NCBI RefSeq assembly: GCF_009914755.1
Contig: NC_060926.1
Strand: one strand, 5' to 3'
DNA from: the human T2T-CHM13v2.0 reference genome, Homo sapiens
Length of the DNA: 64,000 bases
Numbering within the stretch: the stretch's first letter is position 1; every line of letters starts with the position of its first letter. The position numbers and the translations under genes were made by a program. The notes beneath the pieces were generated by a model. It made no database searches. It was given only the letters and a program-made list of their open reading frames with translations, and was not told the DNA's origin. Of this stretch, positions 1 through 11,190 are shown one piece after another.

Positions 1-670
1 TGCTTACAGACTCTGTTTAATAATCCATTCCAGAAATTTTCCAGGGCTCATTGTTGAGCTTGGTGTTCGCAACTTTGAGTGATCAGCCCTTCTCCTTTGT
101 GGGAGCACCAGGACAGAGCAGCCTTTGTCCCTCCCCAGTCTCAGTTCCCTCCCATTGCCCCTGTGGACCTCGAATGCAGAGCTTATGCACCTACTGAAGG
201 TCGTGTCAGCACCCAAGGCAGAATGAGGCTGTCCTGGGAACTAGGGTAAATTAAAACAGCTTGTGCTGGAGGACCCTTTACAGCAGATGAAGGCCTCTCC
301 CCAGCCAGAAAAGATGGAGCACACGCTGGGTGGTGGCCCCGCTTCCTCACTGAAAGGAGATGGTGCTCTTCTTTTTTCTTTCTGAATTGTGGCCACCTTC
401 ATACCAGTCTGTCATGGAACACTTAAGCCGCTTGAGTGCCTGCTGGTACTCCCAGCCCTGCCATGCCTGAGCCCCCTGCACACAAGGAGCCAGGAGTAAT
501 CAGGGCAGACCCATTAGGGCACGGGGACTTCTGGATTGTGAAATTGGCTCTCTGGGGGCCAAGGCCTTCTAACGTTGGTGGAAGTGGCTTTGGCTTATTG
601 GGTCGGATTCTAGGCCATTCATTCCAACCTTTAGAGACATCCCAGCTTTCCCTAGCCCAGAGTCTGCAGC

Positions 671-810
671 CCCTCCACCATCCCACATCCTCCCCCTCCC
701 TTTCCTCATGAACCCCAGTCGCGCCTCTGCCTTCTCAAACCCCTCCACCATCCCACACCCTCCTCCTGCCCTTCCTCATGAACCCCAGTCGCGCCTCTGC
801 CTTCTCATCC
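671..810. repeat. 70-bp direct tandem duplication (2 copies) in a WASH intron
   Basis: ccctccaccatcccaca...catgaaccccagtcgcgcctctgccttctca at 671-740 and 741-810 with few mismatches. Confidence 0.9.
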
Positions 811-2685
811 CTGCGCACCACACAGGCTCGCTCGTGCCCGGTGAGTGCTGAGGCTGCTCTGCACATGGAGTGTGGCCCTGTGGGCAAGGGCTGGGCTCTT
901 GGAGGTAGGGGAGCTACAGGGGCGACTGGGAGGAGGATGTCGTGTTACACACGCATCAGAGTTAACTTTGCAGTGAGAGCGGCCTTGCTGCGGCCAAAGA
1001 ACATGGAAAAGCATGAGTGGGGTGATGTGTGCCTTAAAGCATCAGACACTTGGGCCTCGGGCATCAGGAGCCAGCCACAGGGATGTCTGGGGAAATGGCG
1101 TTCCATGAGATGCAAGCACACAAGAATGCACTTGGCACATCTGGGGAACAGCAGGCAGCTGATATCACTGGGCCCACCCTGCACCAGGGAGGATGGAAGC
1201 AGGTGAGGAGCTAGACCACACTGAGGCGGTGGTCGGGACTCAGGGTTTGCTCAGTGAGCCGTTCACTATGTGCAGGGGCAGTTCCCCGTCTGAATTTAGG
1301 TGACGACACTCAGGTCCAGCCTTGCCAGTCTCAGCCTCCGGTCTCCGTTCCCCCTCTGCAGAGGCCACTTTGTCTGCTGCACGTGATCATGAGGGGCTGT
1401 GAAGTGCTTGCCCCATCAGTAGCCATGTGTGCATGTGTAAATACCATCCTCTGTGTGCCCTGGAGGCTGTCCTTCAGATAGCATGTACAGGTGGCAGCAT
1501 AGGGCCTGTCCCTACTGAGAGTGCAGGGAACTCAGCACCGTCAACTCCTCGACCCTGCAGGTCAGATTATCCTTGTAGAGGCCCCCTGGATGGCACCAAG
1601 ATCGGCCCTGGCAAGCAGGTGACCCTGACTTCAGAGCCCTTGCCTGAGGGCCTGGCCTGGCAGCTCTGCTGTTAGAAGCAGGAGGTGTGCAGGGGGTGGG
1701 GAGCAGCCCAGCCTCTGTGATCTTCTCCATGGCAGGATCTCCCAGCAGGTAGAGCAGAGCCGGAGCCAGGTGCAGGCCATTGGAGAGAAGGTCTCCTTGG
1801 CCCAGGCCAAGATTGAGAAGATCAAGGGCAGCAAGAAGGCCATCAAGGTAGTCCCCATGCCCCTGTGTCCTGAGGCTACTGGGCAGTCCCTCCATTTCCC
1901 CGTGCCTCTGAGGCTGCCCAGTCTCTGCCCTGCTGCCCACCTGTACCTTGGGCTTTCTTCTCGCCCAGGCTCCCAACTCCACCCTCTTCCTGCCAAGCAA
2001 TCCTAGCCCTCTGAGCCTCTTGGGGCCCCCTCAGACTTGTCCCTGTGTCCACAGGTGTTCTCCAGTGCCAAGTACCCTGCTCCAGAGCGCCTGCAGGAAT
2101 ATGGCTCCATCTTCACGGGCGCCCAGGACCCTGGCCTGCAGAGACGCCCCCGCCACAGGATCCAGAGCAAGCACCGCCCCCTGGACGAGCGGGCCCTGCA
2201 GGTCTGCTGGCTGCGCACATAACTTAGCCTGTCACACACCAGGAGGACTGGATGCTGGGGAGGAGCCGGGGCCACCATAGGGTTCTGTCCCCCAGAGGAG
2301 GCTGACTGGGATGGGGTGGCAGCTGATTAGGCCCAGCACCAAATATTCACCATCCCTTGGCCATCCTGGCCCTCCCAGGAGAAGCTGAAGGACTTTCCTG
2401 TGTGCGTGAGCACCAAGCCGGAGCCCGAGGACGATGCAGAAGAGGGACTTGGGGGTCTTCCCAGCAACATCAGCTCTGTCAGCTCCTTGCTGCTCTTCAA
2501 CACCACCTAGAACCTGTATGGCCAGAAGGCAGGGCCGAGGGGTGTGGGCGGGAGGCCCGGCCTGGCTTAGTGGGGACCCAGGGCATCAGACACAGGTACA
2601 GCACATGGGCCAGGAGCCAGGGGGTGACTGGGGTGGCTCGGCTCGGGAGGCTTGGGACCCCAAGTGCACGCTGTGCCCCTGATGA

Positions 2686-2753
2686 TGTGGGAGAGGAACA
2701 TGGGCTCAGGACAGCGGGTGTCAGCTTGCCTGACCCCCATGTCACCTCTGTAG
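2686..2753 (+). ncRNA. MIR6859-like intronic hairpin ending at the 3' splice site (tailed-mirtron geometry)
   Basis: 68 nt TGTGGGAGAGGAACATGGGCTCAGGACA...TGACCCCCATGTCACCTCTGTAG matches my recall of mir-6859, with GTCACC instead of GTTGCC in the 3p arm. Confidence 0.7.
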
Positions 2754-5703
2754 GTACAAGAAGTATGTCTTCCTGGACCCCCTGGCTGGTGCTGTAACAA
2801 AGACCCATGTGATGCTGGGGGCAGAGACAGAGGAGAAGCTGTTTGATGCCCCCTTGTCCATCAGCAAGAGAGAGCAGCTGGAACAGCAGGTGGGAGGGGT
2901 GGGACAGAGGTGGAGACAGGTGCAGTGGCCCAGGGCCTTGCCAGAGCTCCTCTCCAGTCAAGGCTGTTGGGCCCCTTATTCCACCCATGGGAGGTGCACA
3001 CAAGGTCTTGTTGGCTGCCCCTGCAGGTCCCTGTCACCTCTCACATGTCCCTGCCTAATCTTGCAGGTCCCTGAGAACTACTTCTATGTGCCAGACCTGG
3101 GCCAGGTGCCTGAGATTGATGTTCCATCCTACCTGCCTGACCTGCCCGGCATTGCCAACGACCTCATGTACATTGCCGACCTGGGCCCCGGCATTGCCCC
3201 CTCTGCCCCTGGCACCATTCCAGAACTGCCCACCTTCCACACTGAGGTAGCCGAGCCTCTCAAGGTAGGTGAGCTGGGTTCTGGGATGGGAGCTGGGCCG
3301 GGGACCTCCCTGCTCACACACCTTCTTCCCTAGACACCCCACACTTTGTGTTTCAGACCTACAAGATGGGGTACTAACACCACCCCCACCGCCCCCACCA
3401 CCACCCCCAGCTCCTGAGGTGCTGGCCAGTGCACCCCCACTCCCACCCTCAACCGCGGCCCCTGTAGGCCAAGGCGCCAGGCAGGACGACAGCAGCAGCA
3501 GCGCGTCTCCTTCAGGTGGGAGCAGCTCTTTGAGGCCACCTGATTTCTGGCGTGCTCAGTGCACTCGGGTGGATTTTCTGTGGGTTTGTTAAGTGGTCAG
3601 AAATTCTCAATTTTTTGAATAGTTTCCATTTCAAATATCTTGTTCTACTTGGTTCATAAAATAGTGGCTTTCAAACTGTAGAGCTCTGGACTTCTCACTT
3701 CTAGGGCAGAGGGAGCCTGAACAAGTGAGGCTCTGGGTTCCTCATTCCTAATTAAACCAATGGAAAGAAGGGGTCTAATAACAAACTACAGCAACACATT
3801 TTTCATTTCAGCTTCACTGCTGTATCTCCCAGTGTAACCCTAGCATCCAGAAGTGGCACAAAACCCCTCTGCTGGCTCATGTGTGCAACTGAGACTGTCA
3901 GAGCATGGCTAGCTCAGGGGTCCAGCTCTGCAGGGTGGGGGCTAGAGAGGAAGCAGGGAGTATCTGCACACAGGATGCCCGCGCTCAGGTGGTTGCGGAA
4001 GTCAGTGCCCAGGCCCCACACAGTCTTCAAAGGTCTGGCCTCCCCAGCGTGGGGCTCCTCGTTTGAGGGGAGGTGACTTCCCTCCCAGCAGGCTCTTGGA
4101 CACAGTAAGCTTCCCCAGCCCTGCCTGAGCAGCCTTTCCTCCTTGCCCTGTTCCCCACCTCCCGGCTCCAGTCCAGGGAGCTCCCAGGGAAGTGGTCGAC
4201 CCCTCCGGTGGCCGGGCCACTCTGCTAGAGTCCATCCGCCAAGCTGGGGGCATCGGCAAGGCCAAGCTGCGCAGCATGAAGGAGCGAAAGCTGGAGAAGA
4301 AGAAGCAGAAGGAGCAGGAGCAAGGTGAGCGGGCCCTGGAGCCTGCGGTCGGAGGGCCTTGGGCAAGATCGCCTCCTCCCCTCCAGCCCTGAGTCCACCG
4401 GGTGCTTTCTGCCCAACCCCTGCTCTTGCCAGCTGGCCCCTGCTTCCCCTAGGGCACATGCTGGAAGCCCTGGGCTGCCACCAGAGGTCCTCAGCCCTCC
4501 TGCCTGGGCTATGGCTCCTTCCTGGTTTGGGAGCCATAGTGGAGCTTTCCTCTCTAAGCTCACCCAGCTCAAACTGTGACAGGAGAATCTTCTTCGACTG
4601 CCAAGAGCGGTCCAAGGCAATGGTCAGCCACTGCAGCCTCCTGAGATATTTTTAGAGACTGGACCTGAGGCCTCTGGAGGCTACTGATGATGCCTGCTGT
4701 GAACGCAGACACTGGTGTGATGCGATGCCTGCGCCTGCAGCGGCAGTGCCCTGGGCACTATGGTTTTGAGCTTGTACCCAGCGCTGCTTTTGCCTTGCTC
4801 TGTGACCCCAGGCAAGCTGCCTCACCTCTCTGGGCCAGTTTCCCCATCGTACAGTGGTGCTGCACACCCTGGCCCTGTCCCCGAGGTGGCTGGGAGGTGG
4901 CTCCTCAAACAGCCGCTTTCTCATCAGTGCCCAGTGCTGGGTCAGGGATCGACTGAGGCTCTGAGCTAACTGGGAAACACAGTGGCCTTGGAGGGCTGGG
5001 GAGTGTCATGGGGGTGGGGACAGGGAGCCACCGGTCGCATGTGACTGAACTCTTCACCCCAGTCTGTGACTTTCCCGTTGCAGTGAGAGCCACGAGCCAA
5101 GGTGGGCACTTGATGTCGGATCTCTTCAACAAGCTGGTCATGAGGCGCAAGGGTAGGAGGCAGGGCCGCTGCCCGCCCTGGGCCGGCACATTGTAATTCT
5201 GTCCTGCCTTTTTCTTCCTGTATTTAAGTCTCCGGGGGCTGGGGGAACCAGGGTTTCCCACCAACCACCCTCACTCAGCCTTTTCCCTCCAGGCATCTCT
5301 GGGAAAGGACCTGGGGCTGGTGAGGGGCCCGGAGGAGCCTTTGCCCGTGTGTCAGACTCCATCCCTCCTCTGCCGCCACCGCAGCAGCCACAGGCAGAGG
5401 AGGACGAGGATGACTGGGAATCCTAGGGGGCTCCATGACACCTTCCCCCCCAGACCCAGACTTGGGCCGTTGCTCTGACATGGACACAGCCAGGACAAGC
5501 TGCTCAGACCTGCTTCCCTGGGAGGGGGTGACGGAACCAGCACTGTGTGGAGACCAGCTTCAAGGAGCGGAAGGCTGGCTTGAGGCCACACAGCTGGGGC
5601 GGGGACTTCTGTCTGCCTGTACTTCATGGGGGGACGGCTCCACCCAGCCTGCGCCACTGTGTTCTTCTCTTAAGAGGCTTCCAGAGAAAACGGCACACCA
5701 ATC

Positions 5704-5745
5704 AATAAAGAACTGAGCAGAAACCAACAGTGTGCTTTTAATAAA
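5704..5745. terminator. Poly(A) signals of convergent WASH2P (+) and DDX11L2 (-)
   Basis: AATAAA at 5704-5709 and 5740-5745 on +; ATTAAA on - at 5737-5742 overlapping the second. Confidence 0.7.
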
Positions 5746-8256
5746 GGACCTCTAGCTGTGCAGGATGCAAACGTCTCGGGGTCAGTGACTGCCTCCTGCC
5801 CCTGTTGGTCCCTAGGCAGTGGGGGCAGAAGCTCCCAGCTGACCTGTTTCTCTGGGATGAGAGGGAGGAGAGAAGGGCAGTTAGCAGGGGCAGCTGTTGC
5901 AGATGGGAGGAATAGTCTCCCACAAAAAAGGTTTCAGTGACAGACACGGGGTCTCTAAAAATAGTCATGCTGAGAGCCTAATGGCCCTTGGCACAATTGC
6001 TGGTGTTGGGGTAGAAGATGTCTTGGAGTTTGCTCAAGTGGTTGAGAGGGAGGGAGGTGCCATCGACTTGGAGGAACTGGCACCAAGCCAGGGAGATAGA
6101 CATCCAGGCAAGGCTGTGGGGCAGGTTAGGGAGCAAGGCTGCAGGAGTGACTCAGGAAGAAGGTGGGGGAGGTGACAAGCCCCCAGGCAGGGGCCCTGTG
6201 GCCATGGGGATCTTTTTAAATTGAGACTAGGGGGTGAATAGTCCAGGGCAGCTAACTTTAGTTATTATAGAAAGGGCAGTAGCAGATGGGTCTGCTCCGT
6301 CTCGCTTCTAAGAAGGTGGGCAGGACAAATGGCAGCCTCCTGCAGAGGCCTAGTGAGAAGCCTGGCCCTCGGCCACACAGGATGGAAGACAGATTGGGTT
6401 CCACAGAGGGGAGCTGCCCTGGGAAGATCTCACGGATGGCCAGGACCCACCATTTCTTTGGGATTCCCGTTTTCTCCAACGGGCACTAATGCCTGTGCCT
6501 GGGTCCTGGCAACACTCTGGACTCCACACTCTCCTGGGTTTCACCTTTGTAGCAGGATCCCTGCAGACCAGGCCCATGACAAACACCGTCTCCAGCGGGC
6601 AGAGCAAAGGAAGGGCACAGCGCCAGGCAGTGGTGCAGCTGCCTGTCAGGATGAGGCCTACTTCTAGTGAAACTGGGCAGACAAAAGGCAGTGAGAAATG
6701 TGATCTCGGGGTGGTGGAGGCTCTAGGGAAAGGAAAAGGCAGGAGTGAACTTCCACACAGCAGCAATGGCAGAACCAAAGGTGGCTTTGACCTCCACGAG
6801 GGCTCAGATCCAGGCCAACAGCTTGTCCAGGACAGGGTGCCGGGTGTATCACTGGTCCAGGAGCACTATGCTGGCAGAATCCCTTTGGTGCCTGATGGCC
6901 CTGCCTTCGTGGGAACAGAGGCTAAGGCTTTGAGTTACAGCTGCCTCCCCAACAGTGCATCCCCTTCTCCCTCCTCAGCCTCAGGTAGGAGACAGGGCAG
7001 GCAACCCCCTTTCCTCTTCTCCCCTTCTCCAGCCCCTGTCTGTCCACCCAGCTGGAGGCAGCCAGGCTTGCCTATGGACTGGTTGACAGCCTTCATGCAG
7101 AGGTTCTCCACCAGAGCCTTTCTTGGGGGCCCCTGGCCTGGGCTCTGAGCTGGGAGTGAAGGGGATGACCCATGCGGACTGTTTGCTGCTTGTAGCTTTC
7201 CCTGGGAAAGACTCTGCCAGGCCTTGGAGCCAGACCAGGAGGCTTTATAAGGCCACCGCAAGCAGCAGGGCTCCAGATGACATCACAGGGAAGATCAAGA
7301 GGGTGTGGAGGGGCATCGAAGCCTCTCCAGGAGACAGGAGACGCTGGTCCAGTAGAGCCCTAGGGGCGACGCCACTCCCACTCACTGTCTACTCTCCTCT
7401 CACCTCTGCAACACTGGGGACACTCACAAGAGTGTGATCCAAGTCGGCCGTCGTCTTCTGCAGCTCTGGAGACCTGATGCTAGGGAAGGGCATGCCTGGC
7501 ATCACCACACACCTGGGGGGAGACAGGAGCCTGGGGCCGGTGGGCCCACACATCACCAGCTGCTCCGTTCTACCATTTCTTCAGCCCTCTTGGCTGTGCC
7601 TGCAGCTCTGCCCCTCCCCTCTCTGCACCTACCACCCAGAGAGGGCTTGTTGAGCTCAGAGATCCCACCTAGGCCAATCCACTGGGTTCTGCGGCAGCGA
7701 TGGCCTGCCTGATCTTCCACCTGCTCTCCCAGGGCCAAAGCCAGACCTGCTGAGCCCCTCCCTCCAGCCGGCTGGTCTGAGCAGTCACAGCCCGGCTTTG
7801 GGCTCCGATGGCAGCAGACGGCAGGTAGGGGTCCAGCTGCTGGAGCGAGGGCCGGCCACCTATCACAGCCAAGGAGATGAGCACAAGCACTACTTACTGG
7901 CCTAGGTTGTCAGAGAAGTTGATGCTCTCACTCATCTTTCCTCCAATCTTTCCCCTATGCCTGGTTGTGGTATTAAGTTACATGCAGACAACAGGGGCCA
8001 GAAGATGAACAATGGCCCATCCCACTCTAGGCATGGCTCCTCTCCACAGGAAAACTCCACTCCAGTGCTCAGCTTGCACCCTGGCACAGGCCAGCAGTTG
8101 CTGGAAGTCAGACACCTGCAGATCAAGACCACAGCATCAAGACCCTGTGACCTCTCAAAGGACCGGTGGAAAGGACACGGGAAGTCTGGGCTAAGAGACA
8201 GCAAATACACATGAACAGAAAGAAGAGGTCAAAGAAAAGGCTGACGGCAAGTTAAC
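5718..8256 (-). pseudogene. DDX11L2: DDX11-like transcribed unprocessed pseudogene (3' part of the DDX11 helicase gene)
   Basis: Minus-strand translation [17 protein letters not shown] (7149-7072) and RAIRHQ-like sequence from 6904 match the DDX11 C-terminus; exon blocks 8256-7898 (donor GTAAGT), 7512-7404 (GTGAG), 6904-~5718; tail-to-tail with WASH as at other human subtelomeres. Confidence 0.88.
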
Positions 8257-8659
8257 AAAAAGAAAAATGGTGAATGATACCCGGTGCTGGCAATCTCGTT
8301 TAAACTACATGCAGGAACAGCAAAGGAAATCCGGCAATTTGCGCAGTCATTCTCAACACCGGCCATGCAGCAAAATCATCAGTGGAAATTTAAAAAAATA
8401 CACATGGCCAGGCCCCAGCCCAAATCACTAATAAGAATCTCCAGGGCTTCACCTGTTAGACTGGCAAAAATCCAAAAGTAAACACTTTGTGGAGAAACAG
8501 GCATTCCTAGACATTGCCGGTGGGATACAGAACAGTACAATTCTGATGGTAATCAGTTAACAAATTAAACATATTTATTTTATACTTTTAAACCCAGGAA
8601 TCCCATATTTAGGAGTCTACTGAGACCAAACAGCATATGCTCCGGGTGTTTCCCTATAA

Positions 8660-9332
8660 TCCGCCACTACTGTTGGAGCAAGAGGGCCCGGCAGTGTCCC
8701 CAGCTGCCAGCAGGCGGGCGTGCTGCCACTACACCTTGAGCAAGAGGACCCTGCAATGTCCCTAGCTGCCAGCAGGCGGCGTGCCACCACTATACAGTAA
8801 GCAAGAGGGCCCTGCAGTGCCCCGGCGCCAGCAGGGGGCGCTGGCGACCACTGTAAGCAAGAGAGCCCTGCGCCTCTCTGCGCCGGCGCGGCGCGGGGTG
8901 CCTTTGCGACGGCGGAGTTGCGTTCTCCTCAGCACAGACCCGGAGAGCACCGCGAGGGCGGACCTGCGTTGTCCTCTGCACAGATTTCAGTGGTACTGCG
9001 AAGGCGGAGCAGAGTTCTCCTCAGGTCAGACCCGGGCGGGCGGGCGGGCTGAGGATACCGCGAGGGCGGAGCTGCGTTCTGCTCAGCACAGACCTGGGGG
9101 TCACCGTAAAGGTGGAGCAGCATTCCCCTAAGCACAGAGGTTGGGGCCACTGCCTGGCTTTGTGACAACTCGGGGCGCATCAACGGTGAATAAAATCTTT
9201 CCCGGTTGCAGCCGTGAATAATCAAGGTTAGAGACCAGTTAGAGCGGTTCAGTGCGGAAAACGGGAAAGAAAAAGCCCCTCTGAATCCTGGGCAGCGAGA
9301 TTCTCCCAAAGCAAGGCGAGGGGCTGCATTGC
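8660..9332 (+). repeat. TAR1 telomere-associated repeat, left arm (61-bp, one 29-bp-like, and 37-bp units; TERRA-promoter-type)
   Basis: Repeated gcaagagggccc..cagctgccagcaggcgg units (8660-8870) and gcggagctgcgttctcctcagcacagacc units (8905-9145) directly proximal to G-rich telomeric repeats. Confidence 0.85.
8827..8844 (+). promoter_or_regulatory. CTCF motif in TAR1 61-bp repeat (forward)
   Basis: GCCAGCAGGGGGCGCTGG fits the CTCF core CCASYAGRKGGCRS. Confidence 0.7.
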
Positions 9333-9658
9333 AGGGTGAGGGTGAGGGTTAGGGTTTGGGTTGGGTTTGGGGTTGGGGTTGGGGTAGGGGTGGGGTTGGG
9401 GTTGGGGTTGGGGTTAGGGGTAGGGGTAGGGGTAGGGTCAGGGTCAGGGTCAGGGTTAGGGTTTTAGGGTTAGGATTTTAGGGTTAGGGTAAGGGTTAAG
9501 GGTTGGGGTTGGGGTTAGGGTTAGGGGTTAGGGTTGGGGTTGGGGTTGGGGTTGGGGTTGGGGTTAGGGGTAGGGGTAGGGGTAGGGTTAGGGTAAGGGT
9601 TAAGGGTTGGGGTTGGGGTTGGGGTTGGGGTTGGGGTTGGGGTTAGGGTTAGGGTTAG
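9333..9658 (+). repeat. Degenerate (TTAGGG)n array, left arm of the fusion
   Basis: TTAGGG mixed with TTGGGG, TAGGGG, TCAGGG and TGAGGG variants, ~325 bp. Confidence 0.97.
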
Positions 9659-9662
9659 CTAA
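9655..9662. other. Head-to-head telomere fusion junction of human chromosome 2
   Basis: Strand polarity switches at palindromic TTAG|CTAA between 9658 and 9659; inverted TAR1 on both sides; WASH/DDX11L on one side, RPL23AP/RABL2 on the other. Confidence 0.97.
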
Positions 9663-10210
9663 ACCTAACCCTAACCCCTAACCCCAACCCCAACCCCAAC
9701 CCTACCCCTACCCCTACCCCTAACCCCAACCCCCACCCTTAACCCTTAACCCTTACCCTAACCCTAACCCAAACCCTAACCCTACCCTAACCCTAACCCA
9801 ACCCTAACCCTAACCCTACCCTAACCCTAACACCCTAAAACCGTGACCCTGACCTTGACCCTGACCCTTAACCCTTAACCCTAACCATAACCCTAAACCC
9901 TAACCCTAAACCCTAACCCTAAACCCTAACCCTAACACTACCCTACCCTAACCCCAACCCCTAACCCCTAACCCTAACCCTACCCCTAACCCCAACCCCA
10001 GCCCCAACCCTTACCCTAACCCTACCCTAACCCTTAACCCTAACCCCTAACCCTAACCCCTAACCCTAACCCTACCCCAACCCCAAACCCAACCCTAACC
10101 CAACCCTAACCCCTAACCCTAACCCCTACCCTAACCCCTAGCCCTAGCCCTAGCCCTAACCCTAACCCTCGCCCTAACCCTCACCCTAACCCTCACCCTC
10201 ACCCTAACCC
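9659..10210 (-). repeat. Degenerate (CCCTAA)n array, right arm of the fusion
   Basis: CCCTAA with CCCCAA, CCCTGA, CCCTCA and CCCTAG variants, ~550 bp. Confidence 0.97.
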
Positions 10211-11190
10211 AACGTCTGTGCTGAGAAGAATGCTGCTCCGCCTTTAAGGTGCCCCCCAGGTCTGTGCTGAACAGAACGCAGCTCCGCCGTCGCAGTGCCC
10301 TCAGCCCGCCCGCCCGGGTCTGACCTGAGAAGAACTCTGCTCCGCCTTCGCAATAGCCCCGAAGTCTGTGCAGAGGAGAACGCAGCTCCGCCCTCGCGAT
10401 GCTCTCCGGCTGTGTGCTAAAGAGAACGCAACTCCGCCCTCGCAAAGGCGGCGCGCCGGCGGAGGCGCGGAGAGGCGCAGGCGCGCCGAGGCGCAGGCGC
10501 GGAGAGGCGCAGGCGCGCCGAGGCGCAGGCGCGGAGAGGCGCGGCGCTCTTGGGGAGACGCGGCGCAGGGCATAGACGTACGCCGGCGCCTCCCCGGAGG
10601 GGAGGGGTCGCTGGGCGGGCGGGAGTGAGGCGCGGCGCCGGCGCAGAGACGCACGTCGCTGGGCTGAGGGTGGCGGGGAGTGTTGCAGTCGTACATTCGC
10701 GCGCCGCCGGGCGGGGAGCGCGGGGGTGGCGCGGTGCAGGCGCAGAGACACACGTACCCGGCGGCGCAGAGACGAGTGGAACCTGAGTAATCTGAAAAGC
10801 CCGTTTCGGGCGCCCGCTGCTTGCAGCCGGGCACTACAGGACCAGCTTGCCCACGGTGCTCTGCCATTGCGCCCCCTACTGGCGACTAGGACAACTACAG
10901 GGCCCTCTTGCTTACAGTGCTGTCCAGCGCCCCCTGCTGGCGCCGGGGCACGGCAGGGCTCTCTTGCTCGCAGTATAGTGGTGGCATGCCGCCTGCTGGC
11001 AGCTAGGAACATTGCAGGGCCCTCTTCCTCACATTGTAGTGGCAGCACACCCGCCTGCTGGCAGCTGGGCACACTGCCGGGCCCTCTTGCTCGCATTGTC
11101 GTGGCTGCACGCCACATGCAGGCACATGGGGACTACGCAGGGCCCTCTTGCTCCCGGTGTGACGGCTGGCGTCCCATATTGGCCACCTCC
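10211..11190 (-). repeat. TAR1 repeat and CpG island, right arm (37-bp, 29-bp-like and 61-bp units), inverted relative to the left arm
   Basis: 10215-10450 is the reverse-complement paralog of 8905-9145; CpG-dense gaggcgcaggcgcg units 10450-10780; ggccctcttgc units 10820-11160. Confidence 0.88.
10869..10941 (-). promoter_or_regulatory. Two CTCF motifs (reverse) in right TAR1
   Basis: GCGCCCCCTACTGGC (10869-10883) and CCAGCGCCCCCTGCTGGC (10924-10941). Confidence 0.7.

Larger units (their letters stand above)
1736..5760 (+). pseudogene. WASH2P: WASH family (WASHC1 paralog) unprocessed pseudogene, 3' nine exons; ATG exon lies upstream of the window
   Basis: GT-AG exons 1736-1847, 2055-2201, 2379-2515, 2754-2889, 3067-3268, 3357-3515, 4172-4324, 5084-5152, 5293-5426(stop) splice to WASH protein ([18 protein letters not shown]...poly-Pro...[20 protein letters not shown]...EEDEDDWES*). 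Premature in-frame TAG at 2508-2510. Paralog name inferred from adjacency to the fusion site. Confidence 0.92.

Noticed and set aside
6489-7148. 219-aa plus-strand ORF
   Set aside because: Antisense to DDX11L exons in GC-rich sequence; no recognisable homology
9333-10210. Fusion site as a novel discovery
   Set aside because: It is the long-described human chromosome 2 fusion; only the specific sub-features are offered as findings
10131-11117. 328-aa Arg/Ala-rich ORF and overlapping ORFs
   Set aside because: GC-rich TAR1 and telomeric repeats lack stop codons by composition
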